This document shows, piece by piece, positions 1-13,544 of a stretch of 64,000 bases of DNA. How positions within the stretch are numbered: position 1 is the stretch's first letter; the number at the start of each line of letters is the position of its first letter. Made by a program: the position numbers and the translations under genes. Origin of the DNA: Malacoraja senta (lineage: Eukaryota); contig CM076000.1 in assembly GCA_038087875.1 (NCBI GenBank), positions 930,001-994,000 on the forward strand, written 5' to 3'. Below the pieces are notes generated by a model. The model worked only from the letters and a program-made list of their open reading frames with translations, had not been told where the DNA came from and searched no databases.

Positions 1-360
1 AGATACAGATGTGGAGGAGTTAGTAGGCAGATAACAATCAAGTGGGGTGTGGAAGAGTGGAGGTAGCGACAAAGGGTGGCAAATGATAAGTAGAGAGCAA
101 AAGACTGCCGAATCTGATAGGAAGGTGAAGAGTGGAACTGAATGAGAGGTGGTGGCAGATGGGACAGGGAGGGGTGAGCAGTGGAAGAGGGGGGGGTATC
201 CAGTGGGAGGTGAGTTGGGGAGGGGAGAAACAAAAGCAGAGCGATAGGGAGCTTGGGGGTAAGCTGGGAAGAAAGGGGCCCGAGTGGGGACCAGGGTGGA
301 TAGATAGAGAAAGGGACAGAGTGGATGTGTGTTACTTGAAATTGGAGAATTCAATGATCA
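1..360 (-). mobile_element. Penelope-like element 3' remnant (end of GIY-YIG ORF plus pyrimidine-rich 3' region)
   Basis: Reverse complement of ~330-357 reads ...IEFSNFK*, matching the end of the Penelope ORF at 50764-51210 (MNIDFSNFR). It continues at 1483-1690 beyond a CR1 insertion. Confidence 0.6.
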
Positions 361-364
361 ATGG

Positions 365-1482
365 ATAATAGACAATAGACAATAGGTGCAGGAGTAGGCC
401 ATTCTGCCCTTCGAGCCAGCACCGCCATTCACTGTAATCATGGCTGATCATCCACAATAAGTACCCCGTTCCTGCTTTTTCACCATATCTTTAAGAGCTC
501 TATCTAACTCTCTCTTGAAAGCATCCAGAGAATTGGCCTCCACTGCCTTCTGAAGCAGAGAATTCCACAGATTCACAACTCTTTGGGTGAAAATGTTTGT
601 CCTCCTCTCTGTTGTAAATGGCCTACCCCTTATTCTTAAACTGTGGCCCCTGGTTCTGGACTCCCCCATCATTGGGAACATGTTTCCTGCCTCTAGCATG
701 TCCAATCCCTTAATAATCGTATATGTTTCAATAAGATATCCTCTCATCCTTCTAAATTCCAGTGTATACAAGCACAGTCGCTCCATTCTCTCAACATCTG
801 ACAGTCCCGCTATCCTGGGAATTAACCTCGTGAACCTACGCTGCACTCCCTCAATAGCAAGAATGTCCTTCCTCAAATTTGGAGCCCAAAACTGCACAGA
901 ATACTCCAGGTGTGGTCTCACCAGGGCCCTGTACAACTGCAGGACCTCTTTGCTCATATACTCATCTCCTCTTGTTATGAAGGCCAACATGCCATTAGCT
1001 TTCTTCACTGCCTGCTGTACCTGCTTGATTACTTTTAGTGACTGATGAACAAGTACCCCCAGATAACGTTGTACTTCCCCTTTTCCCAACTTAACACCAT
1101 TCAGATAATAATCTGCCTTCCTGTTTTTGCCACCAAAGTGGATAACCTCACATTTATCCACATTAAACTGCATCTGCCATGTATCTGCCCACTCACCCAA
1201 CCTGTCCAAGTCACCCTGCATCCTCATAGCATCCTCTTCACAGTTCACACTGCCACCCAGCTTTGTGTCATCTGCAAATTTGCTAATGTTACTTTTAATC
1301 CCTCCATCTAAATCATTAATGTATATTGTAAATAGCTGCGGTCCCAGCACGGAGCCTTGCGGTACCCCACTAGTCACTGCCTGCCATTCTGAAAGGGACC
1401 CGTTAATCCCTGCTCTTTGTTTCCTGTCTGCCAACCAATTTTCTATCCATGTCAGTACCTACCCCCAATACCATGTGCTCTA
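365..1482 (-). mobile_element. CR1 LINE, 5'-truncated, RT C-terminal part (ORF 448-1434)
   Basis: GVPQGSVLGP, SKFADDTK and LYRALVRPHLEY motifs; (tagacaa)n microsatellite 3' tail at 365-385; same subfamily as 60515-61155. Confidence 0.95.
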
Positions 1483-1690
1483 ATTGAAGATCATGGCATT
1501 GAATTGTAGACTACCCAGGTGGAATACGAGGAGCCGTTCTTCTAATTTGCATTTGACCTCAAACTCAATGGGGAGGCTGAGTATAGAAAATGTGGGGATG
1601 GGAAGAGACAGTAAAATGATTGGCAACTGGGAGATTAAGATGGCTACTGCAGGTAGAGTGCTGGTGCTCAGCAAATCAGTGGCCTGGAGT
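1483..1690 (-). mobile_element. Penelope-like GIY-YIG fragment (partner of 1-360)
   Basis: ORF 1480-1674 EVKCKLEERLLVFHLGSLQ resembles EAHRKLEEQHLIFHLGSLH in the 50764 ORF. Confidence 0.75.
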
Positions 1691-2044
1691 CATAAAGTTA
1701 TATAGCACGGAAACAGGCCCTTCGTTCCAAACCGTTAATGTATATAACAAGCAGCAGTGGGCCCAGCTCCGACCCCCAGCTCTCCACTGGTAACTGGTAA
1801 CAATCAGAAAAAATCCTTAGCTTTCCAGAACTATTCTTTGATTTCTTCCTCCGATCTAATTTTGAATTCTAATGTCTATATAGATAATGTCCAGTGCCCT
1901 GCCCTCGTTAATCCTGTTGGTGACCTTCTTAAAAAACATCAGGTTTGTCAGATATGATTTCTCATGCACAAAGGCATTTTAACTCTCCACAAGCAAACCC
2001 TGCCTATCCCAAGACTGGTAAATCCTGCCCCTAAGAATTTTATC

Positions 2045-2930
2045 CACCTGGAACAGCGGATATAGATGAGGTTGGAGGAGGTGCAAGTGAACCTCAGCCT
2101 CACCTGAAAGGACTGTCAGGGTCCCTGGACAGAATTGAGAGAGAAGGTATAGGGTCAGGTGTTGCATGTCCTGAGGTTATAGGGAAAGCTACTTGGGGAG
2201 GGGGTGGTTTGCGATGAGCTGAACAGAGTTGCAGTGGGAACGGTATCTGTGGAAAGCAGAAAGGGGTGGAGATGGGAAGATGTGCCTAGTGGTGGTATCC
2301 CGTTGCAGGTGTCTGCTGTTCCAGGTGTGGACTCGTATCAGCAAGATCAAGCATAGACTGGGCGATCATTTCGTTGAACACCTTTAGTCAGTCCGCATTG
2401 GCCTACGTGCTCTCCCAGTTGCTAAACACTTTAACTCCACTTCCCATTCCCATACTGACCTTTCAGTCCTGGGCCTCCTCCCTTGTCAGTGAGGCCAAAT
2501 GCAAATTTGAGGAACAGCCCCTCACATTTTGCTTGGGCAGCTTACAACCCAGCGGTAAGAATAATGATTAATCTAACTTCAAGTAACCTTTGCATCCCCT
2601 CTCTCTCCGTCCCTCACCCACACTCCTTTGTACTAGTTTCACTGCCGTCCTGTTGAGTTTCACTGTCTGTAATAACCTACCCCACAGCCAACAATTGACC
2701 ATTGTGGGCTCCACCTTTCCTTGATCATCGTTGCATTTTGTATATCTTTCATTCGTTTGTCCGATGTACCGTCTATATCTCTCATTCCTCTTTCCCCTGA
2801 CTCTCAGTCTGAAGATGGGTCTGGACCTGAAACGTCACCTCTTCCTTTTCTCCAGAGATGCTGCCTGACCCGCTGCAGTTTTTTGAGTCCATCTTCAGTT
2901 TAAATCAGCATTTGTAGTTCTTTCCTCCCC
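2045..2930 (+). mobile_element. Penelope-like element with inverted 5' part (2045-2310 minus, 2311-2930 plus)
   Basis: Plus part encodes SEAKCKFEEQPLTFCLGSLQPSG and ends in the CTGAAGA...GAAACGTC repeat; the minus part is homologous to 50680-50950. Confidence 0.8.
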
Positions 2931-3489
2931 ATCCTCTTATTTGGTCCCATTCTTTTCCATAATTTGCTGCCTCGGGTTACCTCCCCCTATCAAGTCCCAG
3001 GGCCTGATGTTGTCTCTTACCTCCTCTCTGATTTCCACCCGATTTAATTCTCCAATCCAGCCCTCCTCACCTGGATCCACCTATCGTGTGCCAGCTCTGG
3101 GCTCAATCCCTCATCTCTTTCCGGAGGCTAATTCCCCTTCATTCTCAATCTAGAGGAAGCATCTCGATTCAAAATGTCAGTTCCCACCATAGATACTCTG
3201 ACCAGCTGTGTTCCTCCAGCAGTTGCTTTTTTATGCTCCATTTTCCAGCTTCTGAAGCCTTTTGCATTTCTAGAATCACGCAGATATCAGATTTCCTTCT
3301 CTGAGGGACAGTGCTACCATTTCACAATTAGTGTTACTGAAATGTTATCTTCCGTACTTAATTACTCAAATTTGAATTCCCTCATCATGAAGGTGGGATT
3401 TTATTTCATGATCAATAGTTAAGATCTCTGGTTGCTTGCTCAGAACCTAACTACAGTTCTGCCATACAAATAGGTAAAGCTCTTTATTG

Positions 3490-3760
3490 GAAGACAAAGT
3501 GCTGGAAGAACTCAGTGATTAGGCAGCAGATTACCTATCCATGTTCTCCAAGGATGTTGTCTGACCTGCTGAGTTACTCCAGCATTTTGTGTTTTTCCCT
3601 TGTAATCCAGCATATGCAGTTCCTTGTTTCTACATTTAGATTGAAGGAGACCCAAAACGTCACTTGTTCCTTCCCTCAAATGATTCTGCCTGACCTGCTG
3701 AATTCCCCCAACATTTGTATTTTGCTCAAGATTTCAGCACCTGCAGTTACTTATGGCTCC
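3490..3760. repeat. Penelope-terminus-derived short repeats (inverted and tandem pieces)
   Basis: aaagtgctgga..aactcag and ctgagttactccagcattttgtg arms face each other. Confidence 0.6.
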
Positions 3761-3989
3761 ATTTTAAAACAATTTATTACATTGACTTAAAGTGATTATT
3801 AGGACAGTAGTGGTATATTTATACTGGTAAATATCAAGCCTATATCCTACGATTACAATAATTGAAAATATTAATGGGCTAGTGATTTAACTATCATTAA
3901 ACCATTATAGTAAGTGAATTTTAAAAAGGAATATCTATTACTTCCAACAATATAGAATTGTCCAGCGCAGTATAAATTATGTTAAATAT

Positions 3990-4400
3990 TGACAGCACTA
4001 GGCCTTTACTCGCTGGAGTTTAGAAAGATGGGGGGGGGCAATTGAAACTTACTGAACAGTGAAAGACCTGGATAGTGAATGTGGAGAGGATGTTTCCACT
4101 AGTGGAAGAATCTAGGACCAGAGGCGATAGCCTCAGAATAAAAGGACATACCTTTAGAAAGGAGATGAGGAGACATTTCTTTAGTCATCTGTGGAATTCA
4201 CTGCCACAGATGGCTGTGGAGGCCAAGTCAATGGATATTTTTAAGGCAGAGATTTGCATATTCTTGATTAGTATGGGCGTCAGGGGTTATGGGGAGAAGG
4301 CAGGAGAATGGGGTTGAGGGGGAAAGACAGATTAGCCATGATTGAATGGCATAGATTTGATGGGCCAAATGGCCTAATTCTGCATGTGTAATTTATGAAC
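3990..4400 (+). mobile_element. CR1 3' fragment
   Basis: MFPLVEESRTRGDSLRIKG...LWNSLPQ, followed by a typical CR1 3' UTR. Confidence 0.85.
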
Positions 4401-6889
4401 TATAGATAGCAATATTTGGTTACGGTATAAAGCAAGGTGATATTAAACCAATGAACAAACCAAAAAGTAATTCCTCACCACTGTCATATCAAATATCAAT
4501 AGCATAATTCTTAAGCACAGCTACTGAGTAATAATTTAAATGTTATAAGCCTACCTGAATAAAAACATAAATACAATTTTGTAATTTTCATTCTAGAAAA
4601 AGGATATGTGACCCAAATCTTTGATATTTGTTTTATTTATTCATTTCTCAGAATGGGAATGTCTCAAGAGACTGCTCTTGCTCCCGAGAAGATGGTGCTG
4701 AGCCAATTCTGAAAATATGCAATTCTTCTAGTGAAGGTGCATTCACAATACTGGGTAGGAGTTCAACAATGTTGGCTTAGTAATAATGAACAAATGGCAC
4801 TGTGTTTCCAAATCAGGATAGTATTCCACCTGGAGGGGAACCAGATATTGGGTTTCCATGCATCTGCCATCCTTATTCTTAATGGTGATTCAGGCTGTGG
4901 GTTGGGCAGGTCTAGTCAAAATAAACTAGACAAGTAAATGCATTTTGTAGATGATACACACTGCACCACAGTGTGGCAATGGCATAGGGAATGAGAACAA
5001 TGAGAACAACAGCTTGAATTGATTAGTAAATTTTAGAGAATGGAAGTGTGCAGATTGGATACAAAAAATGCCTGTGTTTAAAGAAGAGAGGAATGAGGTG
5101 ATGTTTGGCATTATAGTGGACCATATATTTGTAAATCAAGGAAAAAGAATTGTAGGCAAATCTGAAAGCAGATATGTAAATCTTGAAATAAAAACAATGC
5201 TGGAAATACTTGGCAGGTCGAACAGCATTTGGGGAAAAATAATTATAAATTACATTTTGGATTGATGATGAACACGTTACAAATCTTGCCTATCCTGCTG
5301 AGTATTTCTTGTACTTTCTGCTTTTATTTCTGAAAGCAAACATGTGCAACATTTTGGTGCTAACATGACATACTGGAGCACAGAAAAGTACCTGTGCACA
5401 ATACAACTTTGGAAAATGTAATTTTACAATGTATCTTAGTTTTATTATTTCAAATAATAGCCAATCTGCCATCATCAAATTTTCATTGTGGTTGCTTTAT
5501 ATAAAAATCTCTTAATGCTGCATAAATATGTCAGGTAACATGAGGAAAATGAATATATATTCCAAAAACATTAGCAAAGTTTTTGCATCATGAGATGATT
5601 TATTTTCAAGATTTATTGTTGGAATACCTATTTCAAAATGAAATACATTTTGCAGATGCTCTACTTAATATGAAAGGAATAATTAACAACCTGGAACAAA
5701 ACACAACTGTCTCTTATCCTCTTTCAGATATTTTGTACAGCTAAAGCAAATGTCAATTTCAAACCCTGGTAATGATTTGATAAATGCATTGCAGTATAAA
5801 CACTCTGATGGTTTTTCTACAAAGGTTACTTCAAATTTATTTCTATCAATTTGAAAAGGATTGTTGCAATTTTATAAATACCTCATTAATCTATTTCCAT
5901 CACAGCAAAAACATAAAACATGAATATTTCAAATATGTTCATGTTCAATTTGTGAAAGGATTTACAAGCATCAGATATTATCTAAATGTTATCCCATTAT
6001 ATGAGCTCAACAAAATGAAATGTTATTTACAAGCTTTTGCAATTTCTCCTCTTTTCCTCCCTCATTTATCCACACAACGATAATAGCAAGGATGTATTGG
6101 CAAGCAAGCCAATATTAATGAGGTGCGTGACAATGTAATCTCTGGTGAGGCTACCAGTTCCAGAACAAGAGAAGCAGCTGTGGGATAAAATTTAAATCGC
6201 AATTGAGGTCTCATCTGGTAAATCCTAAACTAACTTTTTAAATTAATTTTTTCAGTTCCACAAATGAAACATTGGACAAATTCCATGGATCCTCATTCTT
6301 ATACAATCAGTAAATAATTACAATTAGAATTATCAATGTCATGTAAATTTCAATTTGAAATGAGAATTGAACTACTATGACATACTGGGCAGAGTTGGGC
6401 AGTGAAACACCATCTATTTGAATCAAAGCTTATTCCTAATTGTGACAACTTTTCCATGACATACAAAACAATTTCATGGAAATGGGAGGACATACCATAT
6501 GTAGTAAACATATTTGATAGGAGTAACAATAAAGGACTCTAGATTCTGAAGGTAAAGAAAGCACGGCCATTCTGCTGAGACAACCTCATCATGATCATTA
6601 GATGCAATCTGCTATCCCAAGCTACATTAATACAACACTTGCATTCTCAAATGAAATTGGTTAATTTCTGTCCAAGATCTGTAAATAGCATGTACAGCAA
6701 ACGCGACTCAGAATATTATTTCTCAAATATTATCCTTCTTTTAGATCACTTAAATGACCCACTTCATTTGCAGAAATGGGCCTATCACTTTACTCTTCCT
6801 CATTTTACAAACAATATACTGATGAATTAAACAATCCCATGTACATTTGAGATTCCTCAATCCAGTTCTCTGATATTCTATCTTAGAAT

Positions 6890-7820
6890 CAGTCACACAA
6901 CCAAAAAACTAGTCCTTCAGCGCACTATGCCAATGCCAGCCATCACCTAGCTAGAAGCAGCCCATTTACGATCACTTGGTTCATAGCCTTTTATCCTTGT
7001 TGATTCAAGTGCTCAAACAGATACTTCTTAAATGTTGCAAGCACCTTCCTCCACCATTCACTCAAGTAGAGTGCTCCAGAAACCCTCTGGGTGCAAAAGT
7101 TTTTTCTTTGGAATCCCTATAAATCTCCTACTCCTACTCCTTACTTGAACCGCTCCTCTATTTTTTGATAACTATTATGGGAAAAACTTTCCTACTTTCT
7201 CTATGCCCCTGATAATTATGTAGCCATCTATTTGATTCCCCCACACCATCTCTAACGAATAATAATAAAGCAGTTTATCCAGTCTCGTCATATAACTGAA
7301 AAAACTTCACTCGGGCAACATCCTGGTGAATTTCCTCTGCATCTTCTCCAGTTCAATCATGTCCATCGTATAGTATGGCGACCAAACCTGTACACAGTAC
7401 TCTTGCTATGACCAACCAATGTTTTATAGAGTTATACTATGACCCCACTGCTTTCATATGCTATGCCTTGGCTATTGAAGTAACCTATATGTCTTCTTCA
7501 CTACTTTATCGCCTATGCTTCCATCTTCTGCATGTCTCCCTGGGGCCCCACGATTCATTTCTTATGTTCTACATTTATTCTTCCTCCCAAAGTGCATCAT
7601 CTTACACTCACCAGGATTTAATTTCACCTGCCATTGCAGTGCCAACTTTACCAAATGATCACTATAATTATGTAATCTACAACTATCCTTCCCAATATCC
7701 ACAACACTAAAGATTTCCATTTATCTATCACATCCATATGCACGTTCCATATATCTATCACATCCATATGCATGTTGTTAATTTATGTAACTGACCGCAA
7801 GACTCAGCACTGAGCTTCCT
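6890..7820 (-). mobile_element. Old, degraded CR1 fragment
   Basis: Recognisable but heavily mutated homology to the CR1 3' region seen at 36395-37300. Confidence 0.55.
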
Positions 7821-8879
7821 CCTAACTGATCATAGGTAAATCCCACCATACATTTAATCTCTGATCTATTTTGTCACTTCGCTGTACTTATCCTCAACCA
7901 TACTCAGTCAGGATTTCTCTGCCCTATTGCAAATAGCACAGTTCTCCAAAGCTCTCAAGTGAGGACACCAGGCTAGAATTTGCTGCCGAGTGTAGACTAT
8001 CATTGCTCGCTGTTGCCCTACATGGTAAATACAAACTTATCTTTTGTTTTGGATTTAGCACGACTTTACTACCCGAAACTGTCCCAATCCTAACCAACTA
8101 CGAACTCATATTTCTAAGTTTAGCCAAATGACAAACGTCAAGAGATTCCAAATGGATTTGAATTTGCCTAACACTATTTAAAATTCAATGAAATAATTAA
8201 AACAAATTTAAACTGGGATTTACACCAACTTTCCACTGTCATTTCCAGATCAAGTGAAGAGTACTTATGGGCCTTTCATGTTTATAGGTGAATCCCAAGC
8301 ATGACTGCAAATATGATAATATGTGAAGAAATTTTGGCAGTTCTGTACTAAACTGTTGACTTTTCCTAATAAGTTTCAGCTCAATCTTATCTGTTCATTA
8401 TATGTGAAGTCCATTGAACTGGTTTATATTTTTCCACTCTTGTGTTATTCCTCAAAGCCTCTCTAAACACCATCTCTCAAACCATGTTTTGATGTATTTA
8501 ATCTTCTTTAACATCATTTACCCAGCATTTTCAAAGGAATAATCCTTGATTACATTTTTTTTTAAATTGTGTTTAAACTCCATAAGACCCTCACACAACA
8601 CTTCCAAACTGGTTTTTTTTCACAATTTCATGCTCTTTGGAGAAATGTCTCTATCATCTGATTTTTTCTTGTCATTCCGGCAAATGGTAAACGGTTTTCT
8701 TTATGCAGTCCACTAGCTACTCTTTTGCACGAATAATATTCCAAACAAGACTATTTTTGATATTGTAAAAAGAGGTAACAGGAATGGGGAGAAAATAAAA
8801 TGGGATTAACCATATGGAGAGAAGATATGGAGGGATATGGGTCAAAAGCAAACAAATGAGACTCACATAGACATCTTGG

Positions 8880-9010
8880 ATGGCTTCCAATTCTCCCTCC
8901 ACCCCCTACCTTCAGTCTGACGAAGGGTCCTAACCCGAAACATCACCCATCCTTTGTCTGTGGAGATGCTGCCTGACTCGCTTAGTCACTCCTGCACATT
9001 TTGTCTATCT
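8880..9010 (+). repeat. Penelope terminal repeat with hammerhead-like core
   Basis: CTGACGA-A-GGGT-CCTA-ACCC-GAAA-CATC at 8917-8944, followed by gagatgctgcctga. Confidence 0.7.
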
Positions 9011-9029
9011 CAAGGCCAAGCAACCAATT

Positions 9030-9650
9030 GTTAACTTCAGAAAAGGGGAGACCACATGCCGTTTCTTTCGATGGGTCGGCAGTGGAGGGAGTTAGCTGTG
9101 TCAAATTCCTGGGTGTTAACCTCTCTGATGATCTGTCCTGGACCTAGCACATAGATCTGTTTACAACGGTGCACCACACCTCTACTTTCTTGGTAATTCA
9201 AACAGATTTGGCACGTCACCAAATACTCTTAACAAATTTCTACACATGTACTATGGAAAATATTCTGACTGCTTGCACCATAGTTCCGTACTGCAATTCC
9301 AATGCACAGGTATGCAAGAGGATGTAGAGATAGGTAGTCTGGTTTATCATGGGCACAAACCTCCCCACCATCAAAAGCATCTATGTGTGGTGCTGCTTCA
9401 AATAGGTGGAATCTATCATCAAGAATCCCCATATCTGGCCCATGCCCTCTTCTCACTGCAGCCATCTGTCAGGAGGTACAGAAGTCAAGAATTCTCACAA
9501 CACCTGGTTCAGTTACTTTCCTATCATCAGGTTCTTAAACTGACCTGCACAACCCTAATCCTACTTTATCAATGGAACATTGCAGATCATCTCTTGCATT
9601 ACCATGGACTTGTTTTCTAATTGTGTTTTGCAGCAATGTTTGTTCCTCAA
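9030..9650 (+). mobile_element. Rex1/Babar-like LINE 3' fragment, degraded
   Basis: Homologous to 16981-17600 and 35559-36390 (KFLGVNLSDDLSW; HALFSLQPS.RRYRS). Confidence 0.7.
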
Positions 9651-9761
9651 TCTTTCCCTTTTCACTCTCTTTTTGATAAGTTTTAGTGATTGAGAGTAGA
9701 TCAACAATAGAAATTCTATTGCAAAATCTCAAAATAACTAAAAGGGAGCTGTTCATCTTAC

Positions 9762-9856
9762 CTGGTTATCTGTTAGTAAAGATTCATCTTGAAGCTTTAG
9801 TTCTTTAATGTATGTGGTCACAGTATTATCCAAAGTTGGTGCTTTAGTATCATATT
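9762..9856 (-). CDS. Probable internal coding exon of an unidentified host gene: (E)YDTKAPTLDNTVTTYIKELKLQDESLLTDNQ
   Basis: Minus strand gttgtgttttacag| acceptor and CAG|gtaaga donor; 95 nt; only one frame is open (phase 1 in, phase 0 out), compatible with the phase-1 donor at 26820. Confidence 0.65.
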
Positions 9857-10404
9857 CTGTAAAACACAACAATCAACTCAGATATGCCAGACAATATAAT
9901 TTGTCAATAAAACCACCATCACCAATGACTTCGGATGGTTTAACATCAGCTTGTGTGATCGTTCATTTTGTTGTAACGTACTAATTGATGATGTTGGGCA
10001 TTGAGGTACTCTCTGCACTGGCCTAAACAATACAGCTTATCAAATCAAAAAATCACTGCACTGATTCTGCAAACTGCATTTTATTTAATGTTTGCTGTTA
10101 GCACTGTGTAACATTGTAACAATACATTTTTTCTCAGTGATCATATAAAATGTTTTCTTTTAATCTTTGTCTGCCTTTGGCGACAAATTTAATATAACAA
10201 AAATGTTTAATTTTGTATTGGTCTGTCAAAGCAATACAATCCAAAGCTCATTTTAAAATAAATTGCAAAAAACTTTTCATTACAAGATAAAAAAAAGGCA
10301 ACTATCTATTGGAAAATTGTAGAGGTAACCCTGGCCCATGCTGAAGCAAAGAACACCACATAAGGAACCAAAACTTAATGTATATTAGTCTACCTTGGTC
10401 TACC

Positions 10405-11823
10405 TTCAAATCTCTGCAGCCCGAGAACTATAGCGCTAGTATGGGTGTTGTGGGCTGAAGGGACTGGTTTCCAGAGGGCTAGTATGGACATTGTGGGCCA
10501 AATGGATTCTTGGGATGGCAGCTCAGTCACTCAAGCCTGATTTGCTGGCAGCTCACTCACGGGTGGTGGGCTGGCAGTTGACTCACGGCTATTCCTTGAA
10601 AATACATTTCAAACAGGGTGCAAGGCCACCAAATTCATAGAAACATATAAAATAGGTGCAGGAGGAGGCCATTCGGCCCTTCGAGCCAGCACCACCAATC
10701 AATAACCCGTGCCTGCCTTCACCCCATATCCATTGATTCCACTAGCCCCTGCAGTTTCATACCACTTCAAGCAGGGTGCAAGGCCACCACATTCAAATGC
10801 AGTTTCATACCATTTCAAGCAGGGTGAAACCACCATAAAACCACACAAAACACCACACTCACAGTTCAGTAGACATTCAGTGTGTTCAGTTGATTCACAG
10901 CTCAGACAGTCGTGACCTCTCCCTCCCCCATCTTGCAGACTGAGCCACACCCACACTTCTGGGTTATATAATCCCTCCCCCTCCCACCGGAAGGGGCGTG
11001 GCCTTCATGGCATGATTGACAGGAGAGAGATTCTCAACATTTTTTAAACACTAATAACACTTTTATTTTTCATTGATGGGAAAAATCCTCTGCACCTGAT
11101 GAGCGGAGGGGGACTGATTAAGATGACGAAAAATCACAGCCGTAAGTGGTAGCGTTTTATCTAAAATCAATATACTGTGCAAACAGGAAGTTGTCAAGTT
11201 TAGACTTTTAACCATTTGCTGTGCTTTATTTCAAACCACCAACCATTTGCTGTGCTTTATTTCAAACCAACCACCACCAACCATTTGCTGTGCTTTATTT
11301 CAAACCAACCACCACCACCAACCATTTGCTGTGCTTTATTTCAAACCAACCACCACCAACCATTTGCTGTGCTTTATTTCAAACCACCACCACCAACCAT
11401 TTGCTGTGCTTTATATCAAACCAACCACATTTTCATTTTCAAACCACATTAAGGGCACTCAAGGTCAGTAAAACCACACTCGCAGTTTAGTAGACATGTG
11501 TTTAGTGTTATTCACAGCTCAGACTGGGAGACGTGACCCTCTCGCTTCCCCCATCTTGCAGAGACTGACTGAGGCACTCAACACTTCCGGGTTTTATAGT
11601 CCCTCCGGAAGGGGCGCGGCCCTCAGGAGAGAGAATCTCAACATTTTTTAAACACTAATAACTCTTTTTTTTCATTGATGGGAAAAATCCTCTTGTCCTG
11701 CGCAGCGGAGGGGGACTCTGAGTAAGATGGCCAAAAATCACAGCCTTAAGTGGCAGCGTTTTTTCTAAAATCAATATACAGAACAACATGAAGTGGTCAA
11801 GATCAGACTTTTAGTAATATAGA
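10405..11823 (-). mobile_element. Non-autonomous Helitron-like element with internal duplication; 3' end not found
   Basis: Minus-strand start a|TCTATATTACTAAAAGTCTGATCTTG shares aaaa.tctgatcttg with the Helitron at 21542; a ~350-bp unit is present twice (~10855-11208 and ~11475-11812); CR1-tail insert at ~10637-10748. Confidence 0.6.
11210..11430. repeat. Minisatellite, ~31-42-bp unit aaccatttgctgtgctttatttcaaacc(aaccaccacc), about 6 copies
   Basis: Directly visible tandem array. Confidence 0.95.
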
Positions 11824-13544
11824 TTTCTGATATTAGAAACCACTTTAATGAAGTAAGCAACATTATTCTGCAATCATGCAAGTAGTTCATATACGTTATT
11901 TGTACTTAAGTACTTACTGAAGTGTGATTTGAATGTAAGTTATCACACTAATTAAATTGCTTAAATGTGAGAATTGAAACATTGTTACAATAAAATGTTC
12001 ATACTTAAAACCCACCACCCATTTAATACAGATTACAAATTGAAAGAGAAAAATTGGCAGGCACTTAAGGATTAATATTCACAATACCAAAATGTTTCTA
12101 TCAAATTTTAAAATGAGGAAACAAATTTCATTTTTTCATTTTGATATTAATGATATATAAGCAAGGTAGCATTTTGAGGACAAGTACATCTATTGCATGG
12201 CTTTTTTTCTTTTTTGTATTATTCCAGAAAGCTGACAATATTTGTCCGTAAACTGAACAACACATGGAGGACTCAGCAGAGATATGCAAAGTGCACTGGG
12301 GCTACCTCAGCTTTTCAAGAGTTATATTTGGGATGCACCAGCCTTTCTGGTATTTTGATTACAATGGCATCAATCCATCCTGGAAGTATTAACGGTGGGA
12401 AGAGTGAGAGGGACTTGCTGCGCAAAACTCGAAGATTTAAGAATGGACCTGATTTCATTTCTATCAAATTAAACATTTCATCCCATGCATTTCTTGACCG
12501 TACAGTTGCTGCGACAAAAAGAAAAAATAACACAGGTTAAATCTCAAAGACTGGCAGAAATAATAATCATTGATACCTTCCCTACTTTACCTTTGAGACG
12601 TAGAACAAACAGCAACGTGAAGAACACCCATCCACATATAACTAGCAGCAAACACTGACGACGCATGGTTTCAGACACAAGCCATTTCTTGTACGTATTC
12701 TGTTCAATAAAATACAACAGTTCAAAGTTAGAGTGTTTTTCAAATCCCCAACCAATAGGTTCTCTGAAATTAAGTACACTTACCGCATTTGTACTGCCTC
12801 AATTGAATAGCTTTTTCAATCTTACCTATTCAAATTATTTATGCAATGAAAGAAACCTTATTTGTTAATACAATGCAATTTAAAAATACTAAATTTGTCA
12901 ACGTCTTTGCTTTACTAACAAACTGGTAAATGTAGAGTATTAATATACAAGTTCACATGAGGAAGGTACAGACGGGAATCCAAAGAAAGATGTTACAATG
13001 TTTGAAACCTACATCTTTAGTCCATTAGCTCTCAAAATGCACCTTACTACACTGAATAACTTGTTTTTGCTGCTATTACTATGTTAATGTTTAATTTTTA
13101 TCTATCTTGCCTATCCGGTTTAGAGATACCAGGTGTAACCTAAAGAGCCCATCATTCCGGAAAAGGCACTTTGAAATCTTTGCTGACAATGCCCACCAAG
13201 AAGTATGAGGGTAACTAGAAACAAGGTGAATAACCATCACTCCCCTTTGCCGTTGACAGCAAAACCATGCCATGCAATGATACATCAATGAGATAAGATT
13301 TCAAACAGATGTAAAATTCCAACAATAAAGCAGGGGAATGTTATCTAACCGACATAACCAAAGTAGATTCTATATTCATTAGATTACCTGCAAAGCTTTA
13401 CTGCATAAAAACCTGATCCAAAATTTACATACAACAATGACTGCATGTTAAATGTAATATACTTCATCCAAAGAATATTTGCATACTCTTGAGAAAATAA
13501 ATGGGCCATATAAAACAAGCTCTTTAATTTAGTTTAGTTTAGTG

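Noticed and set aside
4479..4554. Minus-strand exon-like segment (ttttattcag|...|gtgagg)
   Set aside because: Stops in all three frames; it could be a poison or non-coding exon but has no other support.
9762..9856. Assigning the exon to AKAP7 (recalled resemblance to its N-terminal segment)
   Set aside because: Only a short, low-identity match from memory; no diagnostic domain exon in the window; needs BLAST.
13388..13417. 25-nt minus-strand micro-exon candidate
   Set aside because: Weak acceptor tract, too short to support, and phase does not fit the next exon.
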